Part shown: positions 49,006 through 62,255 of the stretch, piece by piece
Position numbering within the stretch: position 1 is the stretch's first letter
How the letters are laid out: the number at the start of each line of letters is the position of its first letter
From: Podarcis cretensis
Taxonomy: Eukaryota
Length of the DNA stretch: 64,000 nucleotides
Reading direction: 5' to 3'
Assembly (NCBI GenBank): GCA_951804945.1
Contig: OX638149.1
Coordinates: forward strand, 63,364,001-63,428,000
Program-made: the position numbers and the translations under genes
The notes under the pieces: model-generated
Seen by the model: only the letters and a program-made list of their open reading frames with translations
Database searches by the model: none
Told to the model about the DNA's origin: nothing

Positions 49006-50755
49006 TTCCGAGAATGCTAGATCAGTCCAATTCTACTTGAGGAGTAGCAGCTTTCCACATTCTATTCCTTAAAATGGATATCTTTCTCGAAGAGTAATTG
49101 CTTTTTGCTCATCATCAAAAACAAGGACCAATGGAAAGATACAGGGCAAAGATGGGGCCACGATCTATATATAAATGGAGTGAAGTACAGCACTTAATTT
49201 TTGAATTTAGGAAACAAATTGTGCACATGCATGGATGCTTGAGTAGTCCCTTAGCAAATCTATAGGCCAGCCTCCTCTATGACATGTTGGTTTTTGGTGT
49301 GTATTTGTTGGAGATCAGCTTTGAAAACAGTTTGAAAACTCTCCCATAAAAGCGCAGTCCAGGGAAAAAAGGCAGCATACAGTTCTGCTTCATATATAAA
49401 TTGATTGCTCCTACTCATGGTTCTCTTGAAATAGACACACCACAGTGGCAACAATTGCCTCAATATAGCACTCCACAACTACTATACTAAATCAGCCATA
49501 GCCACAGCAGTGAACATATGGAATTATATTAAATTTAGAATGATCATTGGCATAGTCATTACAGCCTGCATTTGCACATCCATCCCTCCGATAAATCCAC
49601 AGCTAGTGCATTTGGATGCATGTGTATTCCAAATTTCAAGTGCTTTGGAACTCCCAATGCACACCACAGACTTAGGCTCATGAGGCATCTAAGCTGCTGG
49701 TTGGAGGAGGGAACTACAGGAATTCCAATTAAGAAAGACCACTTGCAGCCTATAATCTTCCTGGACTGAGATGTGGCAACCACTCTATTGGCTGCTATAA
49801 GGATGCTAAGACTGGATGACTTCCCTTAGTCTGAACAACTTGTTGATGAGGGAGATACCCCAGCCTTCATCCAGCTTTCATGTGGCTTTGAACTTGTCAC
49901 CTGTTCTGAGATCTGAGAGTTTGTTTCTGGTTCCTCATAGCGTTCTGCATGCCTCACTCCAAAACAGGGAGACTATGGAAAACTTCACAAAGTAGGTTCT
50001 TTGAACCCACTATAAAATATATCCCTCCCAAGAGATCCACTTCCATGGAAGAATAATATAGTTATTTTATCTTGGAGAATAGATTTGTGTTCATTTCCAC
50101 AAATTGTGGCCACCAATCACCAGCTACAGAACTCCTTTTAAAAAAAAAAAAAACCCTTCACCAAACGCTTTCCTAACTATTAAGGCTACTTTATAAAGAA
50201 ATATTTCAGAAACATCTTTCCTGCACTGCATGTATCTTTTACCTGGGGTGTCTCCTGGTTCAATTATTCACCAGTATCCAGAGGTTTCATGTTGTGCTTC
50301 ATACATGCTAAGCAGTCATTTGCATTCCAGAGCTACATCCTGACTCTTCTGGTTCTTCTCTGACATCCTTCAATGCACAGCATCCATAATGAAGATCAGG
50401 TGACAGTGGGTAACTATACCAGCAGTTCCGCTTCTTGAGGCAGGAAATATTTTTTCCTCTGTGGCTTATAAAGAGTCTGACAGCCCCTTTCAAGCAGCCT
50501 AAGCATAAGCAATTAATAGTAGCAATAGAGAGCCAGAGCTGGATTACCTATTATGCTAAGTATGCTATAGAGTACAAACATAGCCAAACTGAGCCCACTG
50601 CTGCACCGTAATTATTGGAGAGTTTCTCCCTTTCTCCTAATGATGAGCTCTTTTAAAACTCACCAAGCCTCAGATGTAGTGGTTGCATCTTCCTTGATAA
50701 TAAACATTTTCAAATACTAACAGTCTGCGAAACATGAAAATGTGAGGTAGTAAAT

Positions 50756-50981
50756 GAAGAAGAAGAGGAGGAGGAGTTTGGACTTGATATCCCGCCTTTC
50801 ACTCCCCTTAAGGAGTCTCAAAGCGGCTAACAATCTCCTTTCCCTTCCTCCCCCAGTAAGGCTGGGAGACTTCAGAGAAGTGTGACTAGCCCAAGGTCAC
50901 CCAGCAGCTGAATGTGGAGGAACGGGGAATCAAACCTGGTTCACCAGATTACCAGTCCACTGCTCTTAACCACTACACCAC
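50756..50981 (-). mobile_element. Squam3-type SINE with an internal deletion
   Basis: Reverse complement of the 7331 copy; (GAA/GAG)n tail on +. Confidence 0.85.
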
Positions 50982-51742
50982 TAAGGAACTTCTGGGTGAA
51001 TGCCGTATGGGTGAACCATTGACATTACTGGGTGTTGCAGGAAAGCCAAAAGAAAGTATGGCCTAGGAATCAAAGGCCCAGGTCGTATGTTTGTCAGAAG
51101 AACATTTCCCCCTTAAAACCCAGCATGAAAAATTAGGCTTAACAATCTCTAAGAAATATATTTAGCTTCAAAAGACATTTAGATTTCTTAACCACACATG
51201 TTTCAGCTGCAAAATACTATTAGCTGATTTTCCATGGTTAAATTAGTGAGTAATCTGAATCTTTGCTGCTGGAAGGGATTAGGATATAGAGAAAGTCCAC
51301 TGGTGCCTGCTGGTCTCGGTTGACAAGGGATGGTTTTCATCACAGAAATAATGTTTGCAAGTGAAGGGCCCTGGAATGGGGTATTGCTGGACCAGGGTGA
51401 GGATGGAGCAGAGATGACCATAGATTGCTGGATCCAAAGCTTTGACATTCCTTCTGGAAGAGTCCAATCCAGCCCCCTTGGCTACACCAGCCTGCATCTA
51501 ACAAGCCACACCTACATACAGAGAGAAACCTAAAGTGATTTGGTTTTGGACATGTTTTGGAAAGGGGTTGGGCAGCTCAGGGTGGAATCAGCTTATTTAT
51601 GAACCTAATCATAATTCAAAGGGATATTTTTTTAACCGCAGAAAAACCAAATACCATTATTCCCTCTGCTCCCAAACTGATGGCAGTGGTGTGTCATATC
51701 TGGATCCCCTGATCCTCCAATTAGAAAATCTAGTGATTTTTT

Positions 51743-51744
<2 letters not shown>

Positions 51745-51798
<54 letters not shown>
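51745..51798. repeat. (AAT)n microsatellite
   Basis: Direct reading. Confidence 0.95.
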
Positions 51799-52222
51799 GC
51801 ATGCACATGACACTTCCCAAGTCTTGCAGGACTCAGATTTGGCACAGTAATATCCAGTGGCAAAGGATCCATCCAGGACATGGTTGTGACTATGTCGCCA
51901 CACTAGTTTTCTTTCCTTTAATCCATCTCAGCACATGCTCCTTGCTATTGATTCTCTGTTCTCCTCACTGTTCATTATTCAGCAGTAACCTCCTTCAGAA
52001 ATAAGGCTCAATGAGTTCAAACAATGCATGGAGGCAGAGATGGATTAAGTTGCCAATTTTGGTTTCTCTCAGTGTTCCATGTTGCCAACTGTAAGTTCAC
52101 ATCCTCCCATTTCTGCAGCAATTTGAAAATTTTACTTTAAGACATCCAGATGAAAAATTGCACGAATTTTCATGCACATTTCTTCTAATTTATACATTTT
52201 TGGTACACAATCTTCCCTTATA

Positions 52223-52440
52223 CAGTGGACCCTCAGGTTACGTACCTCTCTGGATATGTAATCTTCAGGTTGCAAAAGCGGCAAACCCGGAAGTATTTTT
52301 CCGGGTTTCGCCACTTGTGCATGCGCAGAAGCGCTCTATTGTACCACGTGCGTGCGCAGAAGCAGTGCCTCTGGTTACGGATTTTCCAGGTGTGCACGGA
52401 CCCCCAGAATGAATTAAATCCGTATCCAGAGGGTCCACTG
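52223..52440. mobile_element. Tigger/pogo-type MITE (family D)
   Basis: TA|CAGTGGACCCTC...GAGGGTCCACTG|TA. Confidence 0.88.
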
Positions 52441-52490
52441 TACACATTGGGGGGGGGGCAAGTGCTCTCTCCTAATATTTGTTTTTAATG

Positions 52491-52525
<35 letters not shown>

Positions 52526-53134
52526 ACATTTTTGTGCTGAATTTTTTATTAGAAAACTGCATTACAAAATTCAGAGAACTTTGAATTTTAGAGAGCTGTG
52601 ATGTGATTTGTTTGTTGGTTCTGTATGTGTAAATTAGGAAGGTCTGGATTACAATGTGAACTGAATACATTTCTCCTCCAACCCTACATGAAGGTGAGAT
52701 TGGGGCAGAATTTGGTACCCTCACCCCCCCCCATATAACCATCCTTGCTGGGTCCATCCCAGACTGTTGCAAGCCCTGATCTGAGGTTGGCACTTACATG
52801 ACTTGAACTGAACACAAATAAGCTCCTCCTGGGAATTGGGAGCACTATATTATGGAGCAAGCAATCATATGAAGGAGGAAATACCTGTTTACACAAATTA
52901 AGTGTTAAGCTATCATTTCAGATCTCCCACCCGATGCTCAGAGTTCTGGGCAGAATGCAGCCCAAAGTAGATGGTCAGGTGAGTAACAGTTCAGGCAGAT
53001 TCACAGCTAATTTCCGAAGACAGTTTTTAAAAAGCCTGATGTCATCCAACACACTGGCTTTCTAGTGCAGCCTTAGTCTTTGACACTTTACCACTTTCAC
53101 AGCAAATGATGGTGATTTGGCCCTTGCCTATTAG

Positions 53135-53136
53135 GG

Positions 53137-53175
<39 letters not shown>
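53135..53175. repeat. (GGCA)n microsatellite
   Basis: Direct reading. Confidence 0.9.
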
Positions 53176-53454
53176 CAGTCTCCCAGGTGTCTCCTCCACA
53201 CCACCAGCCTCTGCACAAGCATGTCCTCCACAAAGTCTGGTTTGCTCTTGATGCTGGTGAGTTGGTTACTGATTTCGCCTGGGCTACTTGGAGACTTCGG
53301 GGTGGGGTAACTTCTACAGGACAGGACAAGAAAAGCTTTCGCTGCTGGCTGCTTCAAGTGGTGGCTTAACAATCTTCAGCTCAGTGACATCCCCGTTGAC
53401 ATTTGGGATAGGATATAATGATATAGCATCATTCTCATGGGTATTCTGGAGAGA

Positions 53455-53729
53455 GAAGAAGAAGATGATGAAGGAGGAGGAGGAGGAGGAGTTTGGACTT
53501 GATATCCCACTTTATCACTCCCCTTAAGGAGTCTCAAAGCGGCTAAAAATCTCCTTTCCCTTCCTCCCCCACAACAAACACTCTGTGAGGTGAGTGAGGT
53601 TGAGAGACTTCAGAGAAGTGTGACTAGCCCAAGGTCACCCAGCAGCTGCATGTGGAGGAGCAGAGACACGAACCTGGTTCACCAGATTATGAGTTTACCA
53701 CTCTTAACCACTACACCACACTGGCTCTC
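53455..53729 (-). mobile_element. Squam3-type SINE, full length
   Basis: Minus strand begins GAGAGCCAGTGTGGTGTAGTGGTTAAGAG; full body; (CTC/CTT)n tail. Confidence 0.92.
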
Positions 53730-54847
53730 CTCCAAAGATGGCTGAACTTATTGCTCACATTCTTCATGCAATATTTTTTCTTTTAACTCAACACATTGAT
53801 AACTTCAAATATGTACAGAACAATATCAATAGACTGGGCGATGAAGAATATAACAATTTCTGCATTCTGATTGAGGATCACATGCCTGAGTTTGTCATAT
53901 TATTCCATGGAGAAATATAAGGAAGAAATGTGTATATAATATTTTCTGGAACAGAATATGAAGATGGTTTCTCTTCACTTCTTATAGGGCATCCAAGAAA
54001 TGAACAGCTATAGTTTGGGGAAAATATTGCACCATCTGTCTGTATCTTCAACTCCTGCTATTCTACTAATATTTGCTTCAGGAAACAATTCCCAAAAGAT
54101 GGAATGAATATGCATCACACTGCAATGTCTGGTCACTTAACAAATATTGGCAGTTCACCTGATCAATTACATTCAGCTCAAGTATGATCTACTACTTAGT
54201 TACACCAGAATACATCAGAAGTCACTATAAATTCAATACTGTAGCATGGAAAAACTGCTGCTGATTATTTACTTTTAACCATAGCTTTTTGGGGAGGGGG
54301 GATACTTACCTTTTTATTGTGATTTAAAATCATATTGACAGTCTTGCCGTGTATTTTAGAGATGTTTGCACAGAGCACCTTGGGATTTTGCTGTACTCTT
54401 AGATGACAGCTCTGTAGAAGTGAGATTGGAAACCATTTGTGTAGAAACAGAGTATTTGAACAGAATGCTACTGATTGGTGTATTTTGGCCTCCTTTCAAA
54501 AAGGTAATTAAGCATGGACGGTTCTTATATCTACTGAAAAGAATTGTAAATATGATTCAGTGCTCCTGTATCCTAGAAAAACATGTTTGCATAATTTTGC
54601 TGATTTGTTTCCTTAGTAATTGTTTTACCTTCACCTGACTAGTGAAAGAAAGAGTTGAACAAGCTACAAAAATAGTCACATTTCCTAATCTTTACTACAC
54701 TGAAGTAAAAACTTTGACTTCCCTTTTTTATTTGGGTAATGAGAAATTAAAAGTTCCCCACCTTCATCTTATCTTTGCTTGACAGCACATTTCATAGAAA
54801 ACCTTTGAACTCTTCAATCACTCTTTCCTAGTCATGTTTGACTATCA

Positions 54848-55185
54848 TTGTTGTTGTTCAGTCGTTTAGTCGTATCCAACTCTTTGTGACCCCATGGACC
54901 AGAGCACGCCAGGCACTCCTGTCTTCCACTGCCTCCCGCAGTTTGAGCAAACTCATGCTGGTAGCTTCGAGAACACTATCCAACCATCTCGTCCTCTGTC
55001 GTCCCCTTCTCCTTGTGCCCTCAATCTTTCCCAACATCAGGGTCTTTTCCAGGGAGTCTTCTCTTCTCATGAGGTGGCCAAAGTATTGGAGCCTCAGCTT
55101 CATGATCTGTCCTTCCAGTGAACACTCAGGGCTGATTTCCTTAAGAATGGATAGGTTTGATCTTCTTGCAGTCCATGGGACTCTC
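54848..55185 (-). mobile_element. Bov-B (RTE) 3' fragment
   Basis: KLRLQYFGHLMRREDSLEKTLMLGKIEGTRRRGRQRTRWLD; (CAA)n tail; colinear with 48194-48515. Confidence 0.92.
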
Positions 55186-55331
55186 GACAGTATGTTTTTT
55201 ATGCAGGGACTGTTAATATACAGAATTTACAACTGTTGCATCGGGAATCACTAACCATTAATGTCACTAGCTGGCAATAAGTGATCATATATAAGAAGTA
55301 CCAAACAAAGTAAAGTATTCTTTATTACTCA

Positions 55332-55335
<4 letters not shown>

Positions 55336-55399
<64 letters not shown>

Positions 55400-55403
55400 T
55401 GTG
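55336..55403. repeat. (CT)n(GT)n compound microsatellite
   Basis: Direct reading. Confidence 0.95.
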
Positions 55404-56390
55404 CACATGCTATTTCTATGTCATTTCTATGCTCTCTCTTTTTTTTTACAGCATCTGGTATACTGATGTACTAAAATGTGAAAATGGTAAGAGTGTTAAA
55501 TAAATGTTAAAATAGTAAGTAGTAGTAGTGAAAGTCAGCTATCGATAATACTTTCCACAAAAGTTGTGACAAAGGAAACAGCTTCAAGCCTAGCAGAGAG
55601 ATTCATTGGTATGAGGACAGGAAAAACCTCTCTGCAAAGAGGCCAGTTACACAGAGAGTAAAATTCCTTCCCAGCTCTGTGAACTAGCAACCAGTCATGT
55701 CCAAAGCAACAGTAAATTAAAATGAGGAAGGGTGGCTGGAAACCATGGAAACTGGAGTAGCTGAGGGTGCTGCTGCCAGAATTTAGCCACCCCCCCCCCC
55801 CCCACTTTTAAATGCATCCCAGAGCAGAAAAGTTTCCTTTCTGATCTGTACCAAGGAGTGCTGCCTGGAACCACCAGGAGACAGAAAGGACTCCTGTCCC
55901 CTCACCTGTGCAGGCAGGGCAAGTATGCCCACTGCCAAGAGCAGCGAGTCTGCATTTCTCCTCTCCTTTAAGGTAGACTCACAAGAAAAGGAACATTTCT
56001 GTCTTTTTAAAAAAGTGACTTCTATATTTCTGGTTCTCCAATAGTTCATTGCAGCTCTTCCATCCTTCATGTCATTGCATTATTTTAGATAAAATATATA
56101 TCTCCTTTCACATTTTGTGAAAACATGAAACATCAAATTGGATTACAGTCATCAAGAGTTCTATAGCAAAGTCATCCATTAAGGCAGACGTAGCAGAGTG
56201 ATAGCTTAATTCCAGTGCTTTAAATCTGTGGCTTTTAACATTGCAGAATTCTTCCTGTGGCATTAATGAAAGGCTCCCACATATATTTTCTAAGAAAATC
56301 ACTATACTATCAGAAAGCATGGTTAGATCACCTAGAGATGGAGACAAACTATATGTGTAATGGAAAATATTTTACCACACAGTGAGTACA

Positions 56391-56866
56391 GCTGGGATAG
56401 CTCAGTTGGGAGAACGTGAGACTCTTAATATCAGGGTTAAGGGGTTTGACCCCCACGTTGGGCAAAAGATTCCCGCATTGCAGGGGGTTGGACTAGATGA
56501 CTGAAATATACTCGGAGTCAAGAGTGGATTTCATGCTCTTTATTCAGCTCATAGTGGTGAGGAGGAATGGAAGTTCCCCCACAATATCTGCTTTATATAC
56601 ATTATTTACACAATGGGCTGCATGTGATTGGCTAATTCCAGGATTCTCCTGTAGACCAATCAGGTTGTGGATTCACTTCCACCTGAAGCTCGATTGGGTG
56701 GCTCTTGTGGACCAATCATACTGCGGCATTGTTCTAGGACCAATCAGACTGCTGCATTCTGCATCCTATTGTTCTAGGACCAATCAGACTGCTGCATTTT
56801 GGATCCTATTCAACTCAGTACATAACAATGACATCCATGGTCCCTTCCAACTCTACAATTCTTTGA
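56391..56866 (+). mobile_element. tRNA-Lys-derived SINE with CR1-type tail (Squam2-like), split by a solo LTR
   Basis: GCTGGGATAGCTCAGTTGG...GACTCTTAAT...CCCCACGTTGGGC; GGGGTTGGACTAGATGAC resumes after the LTR as ...GGTCCCTTCCAACTCTACAATTCT. Confidence 0.8.
56502..56827 (-). mobile_element. Solo LTR, 326 bp
   Basis: TG...CA ends; 5-bp TSD ATGAC (56497-56501 / 56828-56832); on minus, a CCAAT-box array, then TATATAAAG (~56591), then AATAAA (~56539). Confidence 0.88.
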
Positions 56867-57783
56867 AAAAGCAAAGAGGGTCTGCTTCTCTCTATCTTTC
56901 AACCACCACATGTGCAACCTCTGGCTTAAAAATATTTTTGGTCGGCTTTCCTCTTGGTTCTGATTATCTTTTAAAGTGCCTCCATGGAGATGTCTGTAGA
57001 TTTCTGAACCACCATAACTGTAACAACAATATACTGATGGGGACAAGAAATTTACAATAAAGTAAGGCAACATATGATACAATTACAAAGTGTACATTTC
57101 TGCAGGGCTTTGGGCACAAAAAATATTACCACATTACAGAATGCTCTAAGGAGCTGACAACAGACAGGCTTCTGGATAAAGTCTGGTTTCAAGACCTTCC
57201 TTAGATGATAACACCTCAGGTGTGCTTCAGGGCCCTGATTGCAGTTTTCACAATCAGGACTTCAGGAATGCTCCTCTCTTTAAAGAAGGATAATACCACC
57301 AGCAAGGGTCCAGAATTATAGGCAGGTGACTGCTGAAAGGACCATCCAATCAGCACTTTGCACAACCCCGTTCTGTGAATGGGAGGGGGGGAGAAGGAGC
57401 ACTGATTTGTGACTGACACACAGCAAAGTTGGGGAACTTATAGCCTTCATGATCCTGCTGAACTACAACTGCTAACATCCCTGACCATTGATCATGCTGG
57501 TTGGGGCTGATAGGTATTGGGAGTCCACAAATTCCCAACCTGTAATAGATACAGTTTTATCAGCAGTATGCAAATCCAGTTTCTACTCAAACTAGGGGTA
57601 GGGGATAGGTTCTGCCTGAGGCCAGTCTATGGAAGAATAATAGAATTGCAGAGTTTGAAGGGACCCTGAGGATTGTCTAATTCAAGTCCCTGCAATGCAG
57701 GAACTCGCAGAATAGGGCACAGGTGAAGGAGATGAGGGATGGTTGTCCCATCTGGCAAGCAGAAATACTTGTGTTGACTGACC

Positions 57784-57900
57784 AGAGCCAGGATGGTGTA
57801 GTGGTTAGAGTTTCAGACTAGGACCTGGGAGACCAGAGTTCAAATCCCCCACTCAGCCATGAAGCTCACTGGGTGACCTTGGGCCAGTCACTGCCTGTCT
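57784..57900 (+). mobile_element. Older Squam3/MIR-like SINE 5' half
   Basis: AGAGCCAGGATGGTGTAGTGGTTAGAG...GTTCAAATCC...GGGTGACCTTGGGCCAGTCAC. Confidence 0.75.
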
Positions 57901-58334
57901 GCCATGGAAGGAGATGTTTCAATAGAAGGCTGGGACACCTTTATAAGCGTCAACATTCTAAAAGAATGACATCTGTTTGGCTAACATTTTGAAAACTGGC
58001 ATACATGATCTAGCAGATGAAATCTACAAATCTGCCAAATTTCAAATTGATACAATAAAAACTGTCACAGGTACATATAGTTACAACATGCTGTAAAGTG
58101 ACACATTTACCCATTTTCCAAATTTTGAAGAGATATGTCACATATGTTTATTTTAAAAAGTGTGTAAACTACTGATGCAAATTACTCTGGTTTATCAAGG
58201 AAGGAAATCCTTCACTGGTTTGCTAAAGATCAATGAGTATTAAGGTTTTTCCGTCCCATTAAAGCCCATGGCAGTGAATACTGGCATATGAGACCGTTAA
58301 TTATTAAAGAAAAAATTCTGCCTGTACTCCAATA

Positions 58335-58572
58335 CAGTGGTACCTCAGGTTACAAACTTAATTCGTTCCGGAGGTCTGTTCTTAACCCGAAACCGTTCTT
58401 AACCTGAGGTGTACTTTCGCTAATGGGGCCTCCTGCTGCTGCCATGCTTTCCCAGGATTTCCATTCTCATCCTGGGGCAAAGTGCTTAACCCGAGGTACT
58501 ACTTCCGTGTTAGCAGAGTTTGTAACACGAAGTGTTTGTAAACTGAAGCATTTGTAACCCGAGGTACCAGTG
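58335..58572. mobile_element. Tigger/pogo-type MITE (family A-related, inverted relative to 22761 and 27052)
   Basis: TA|CAGTGGTACCTC...GAGGTACCAGTG|TA; GCTAATGGGGCCTCCTGCTGCTG is the reverse complement of the family A core. Confidence 0.85.
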
Positions 58573-59124
58573 TAATTGCAACGAGAAGAAAATAGTGGAT
58601 GCTTGTTCAATGCCTATTCTTTTAGTTGAATATGGCACTGTGATGCAGTGGTGAGTTGAAGTTATTAGAAATACCATTCAGTATTTGTATCTGAATGCTA
58701 TTTTACTCTATGTTGAAATGTGTCTTTTCTTTCAAAACTCATATTTAAGAATACAGCCCTAAGCACATTTTCCTGGGAGTAAAAACCAGGAATAGACATT
58801 CAGGGGATTGTAGCATAAATGTGATTTCCTCTCAAAAGTTCAGTGAGAATTTTGATACATTTTAACTGCTGGGAAATGCCTTGCAATATTTCAGAAAGTA
58901 CAAATTTGGTGAATCATTACATTCTGCCTGCACATTTGTTCAAGAGATGCAGCTGAGTTGTACAGAAATTCACAAAGAACAAATCCTTTTGGTGTTCCTA
59001 TGTGCAATGTGGGGGCACTAGACATTTGGTTCCCAAAATATTCACTAGTGCAGTTGGGGAACATGGATACCGTTTGTTACGTGCTGGCTCTTACTGACTT
59101 TTCAATTAAATTCCATTTTGCAAG

Positions 59125-59395
59125 TAGTCATGTGTGAAGCAGCCCTGAAAGACATATTTTGACCCTAAACAGACTCCAAGTATCTGAAGGAGTACCACCC
59201 TCACATAGATATGCCTGGGGGTTAAGATTTGAACGAGAGACCCTGTTAAAGGTCTCTGTGCCCTGTGAAATTTTGGTGTGGCAGCGCATAAGACAGCCTT
59301 CTCTGCTGCAGCCCTTAAGTTATGGAACGCCTTCTCCTCTGCAGTGCATCTGGACCCAACATTGAAATATTTTTGGAGGTGTGTGTTTGACAAGG
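59125..59395 (+). mobile_element. Old L2 3' fragment
   Basis: CAGCCTTCTCTGCTGCAGCCCTTAAGTTATGGAACGCCTT (AFSAAAL.LWNA) resembles the L2 AFSVVAP.LWN.LP motif. Confidence 0.5.
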
Positions 59396-61558
59396 TGAGC
59401 CCATTGGCTTAGAGGTGAAAGATGAGAAAGTTATAATAGTCTTGCCTTTGTAAGTGGTTCTATGTTTTGAGTGTGGCTTCAAAATACAGTTTTATCTATT
59501 ATTTTAGCTGCTGGTTTCATGTGTGAGTTATTTTAATCGCTACAGTGATTGAGGTATATCCCCCATGGTCAAGGGTGAGTTGTAAATGTTTATAATAAAT
59601 ACATAAATATGATGAATGCATAATATGTAATATAGTAAAATACATACATAAATATGGTTATTCAGTCCAGTGTATTGTCCATGCAGCATATGGGTGCACA
59701 AGCCTGGCCTCAAGGGAGTATATAAGAGAAACAAATTGCTTGCCAAAATTACCCTTCAGAAGTTGGCAATAGATATTTTTTTACTTGTTTCTTGGCATCC
59801 AGTACAGAAGACTTTTACAACCACTTACTGCAGCCAGCCTTTATAAAAAAAAAACCCTAAAGGACTTCTCCCTCCTGGGACATTCCAACAGTCAAGGATT
59901 TTTTGTTGTTTGTTTCCCATTCTCATCCTAGATCAGATAGATTAGCTAGGTTATGATGGATCAGTGTAATAAGAACTATAAGCCAATCGATACTGTAGAT
60001 ACTGCAAGATGAAAATAACAATAAAGCTATAATTGAGAGAAGTGAAAATATACCAGGGACTTGCCATGGAATGAAAAAAGAAGAAAGGAATAATGCCTTG
60101 GGTTTGTATCAGAGACATAGACATGGATTTGAAAACCTGCCCTGTGTACAGACACCTGCAGAAACTATGATGGACGAGTCAATTAAAAAGAGGTTGGCAA
60201 TCATTTAGATTTGCTGTCAAAACCTACCAATAAAAGAGGAATTCAGGTTCAGCATTGCGGTTCCAGGAATCCAAATTAAATACTATGGTTCCAGAGATTC
60301 GTGTTTTTGCTCCAAAGATTCTGGCAGCTGTACAAAAACCCACCTGCTTTCAGCTGATCCCACAAAACTTCACTTCATTGTTGTCACACATCAGTGAGCA
60401 CTGTGTATATTTTAAACACCTGCATTTTAATGATATTTTACCATTCTTTCCCACCCAGCCACACACTATAATTCACCAAATCCCACTATGAAAAGTTAGC
60501 AGACTAAAGGAAAATGCACGGGCACAGAAATCACAAATGATTAGTAGAATTATAGACTTTTGGAGCTGGAAGGGACTTTGCAGTTCCGATACCCCCATCT
60601 CTTGTTTGATGTAGGAATCCCTGGCAAATAAATATCCAACTTTAGATAAAAGATCTCTAGTTTAAGGAAAGAGAACCAATCCACCCCTAAGGTGCCTTTT
60701 CCCATCATTGAGAAGTTTCTCCAAATATTTAGCCAACATCTGCTTCTCTGCAATTTTTATCTTTCTGTCTGGAGCAACAGAGAACAAGTCTGCTGAGTTT
60801 TCTATTCTACAGGCCCTCAGCTATATATCCTATGATGCAGTGCATCTCAAATTGGAAACATCTGGAGCCTTGAAGTAAAGTAAGCATTTATTACAGCAGA
60901 AAGAATGGAATCACAACTAGAACCAGACAAAATCAGCATTGGAACACAAATTTTACATCGAGATATAATGGAGAATGGTATTCCTTGAGTGAGTTTGTAC
61001 ATAGCTTCTTTCAGGGTTCTGTTTTATATTAAAATGTGATCCAAACATAAAACCATTTTTATACAGTCGTATTTGAAATATTTTCCCCAAAAGGTCTGAA
61101 ACCAGTAGGTTTAGAAGGTATGTGCTTTTTTCTTGGGGAAGCACTTGCAAAGGTTTTCTAAATCAGGCAAAACTTTCTTGTAGCCCTGCTCTTTAAAACA
61201 CACAAAAAGGTTACAGAATCTACTCATAGAACCTGCATTAAGTATATGCTGTTTTGAGATGACAAGTACTTAATTTACACACAGGAGCAAATACAATCAA
61301 GTAAATGTGAGAGCTCATTTACAGTACACAATTATTTTTTGCCTTCTTTCCTCTTCTCACTCTTTATCAGAAAAAAAAAAAATGTTGCAGGATTAACACG
61401 TGCTGCCAATTATTTCCAGGCAATTAATTATGGTTCCAAAAACCCATCCTGAATTTTAGGGGGCAAATTAACTGATACTGAAAAGGTTAGTATGAATTTA
61501 GCTTTGCCACTCACAATTGATTGGTGGTTTTGGAGAGGCTTGAAGATACCTGCTTCTT

Positions 61559-61652
61559 AGGCTGCAATCCTATATATACATTTACTTAGAAGTAAACCCT
61601 AGTGGCCTCAGTGGGGCTTATTTCTGAGTATACATGTATAGGATTGTGCTGT
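61559..61652. mobile_element. Small palindromic MITE-like element
   Basis: Inverted arms GCAATCCTATA...AGAAGTAA / TTATTTCTGAG...TATAGGATTGT. Confidence 0.5.
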
Positions 61653-62211
61653 CAGTCATTCCAGAATACACATAAGGGAATTCCATCACTATATCCAGTA
61701 AGCAACTTTGGCGTTTCAGCTGCTTATTTCCAAGTCTTGCAGAATAATCAATAACAAGACATACAGTATTGTTAAATAAAGCCAGATATAACACGTTGAA
61801 TATCTTTTTTTCCAAAAAAAAACAAACTAAGAAAACTTTAGCCATAGTTTGTATTTATTTATTTACTGGGAAAGATATTGTTTTAGGAGAGATTTAAATC
61901 TAGGACTAAAATAATTTTTGCATTCATTTATTGTAATAATTTATGTATGTCTAGTCGTCTGAATTTTATGTTGAGAAGACAAGCAGGCATTTCTGCTCCC
62001 TTGTGTTTCCTTTTACTATGGAAGGTAAAGATATATTGTAAGAAATCAGACTGCAAGCTATAAAAGTGTTATGTAACACAGTGCAACTTTAAATTCTGTA
62101 ATGGAATTGCATCTTGCAATACAAAATGATGTCTAGCTGTCTATATCAATATGAAAAAACAAAGCATAATTTTGAAGTTGGTTTCATGAAAGCAATCTCT
62201 TTAGCAAAGAG

Positions 62212-62255
<44 letters not shown>

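Noticed and set aside
48494-49072. 192-aa plus-strand ORF (and 54838-55254)
   Set aside because: Antisense shadows of Bov-B coding sequence
56391-56463. tRNA-Lys(CTT)-like gene
   Set aside because: Degenerate stems and box B, and it runs into a CR1-type tail, so it is a SINE head
56497-57060. 187-aa ORF
   Set aside because: Runs antisense through a solo LTR, a SINE tail and flanking DNA; chance open frame
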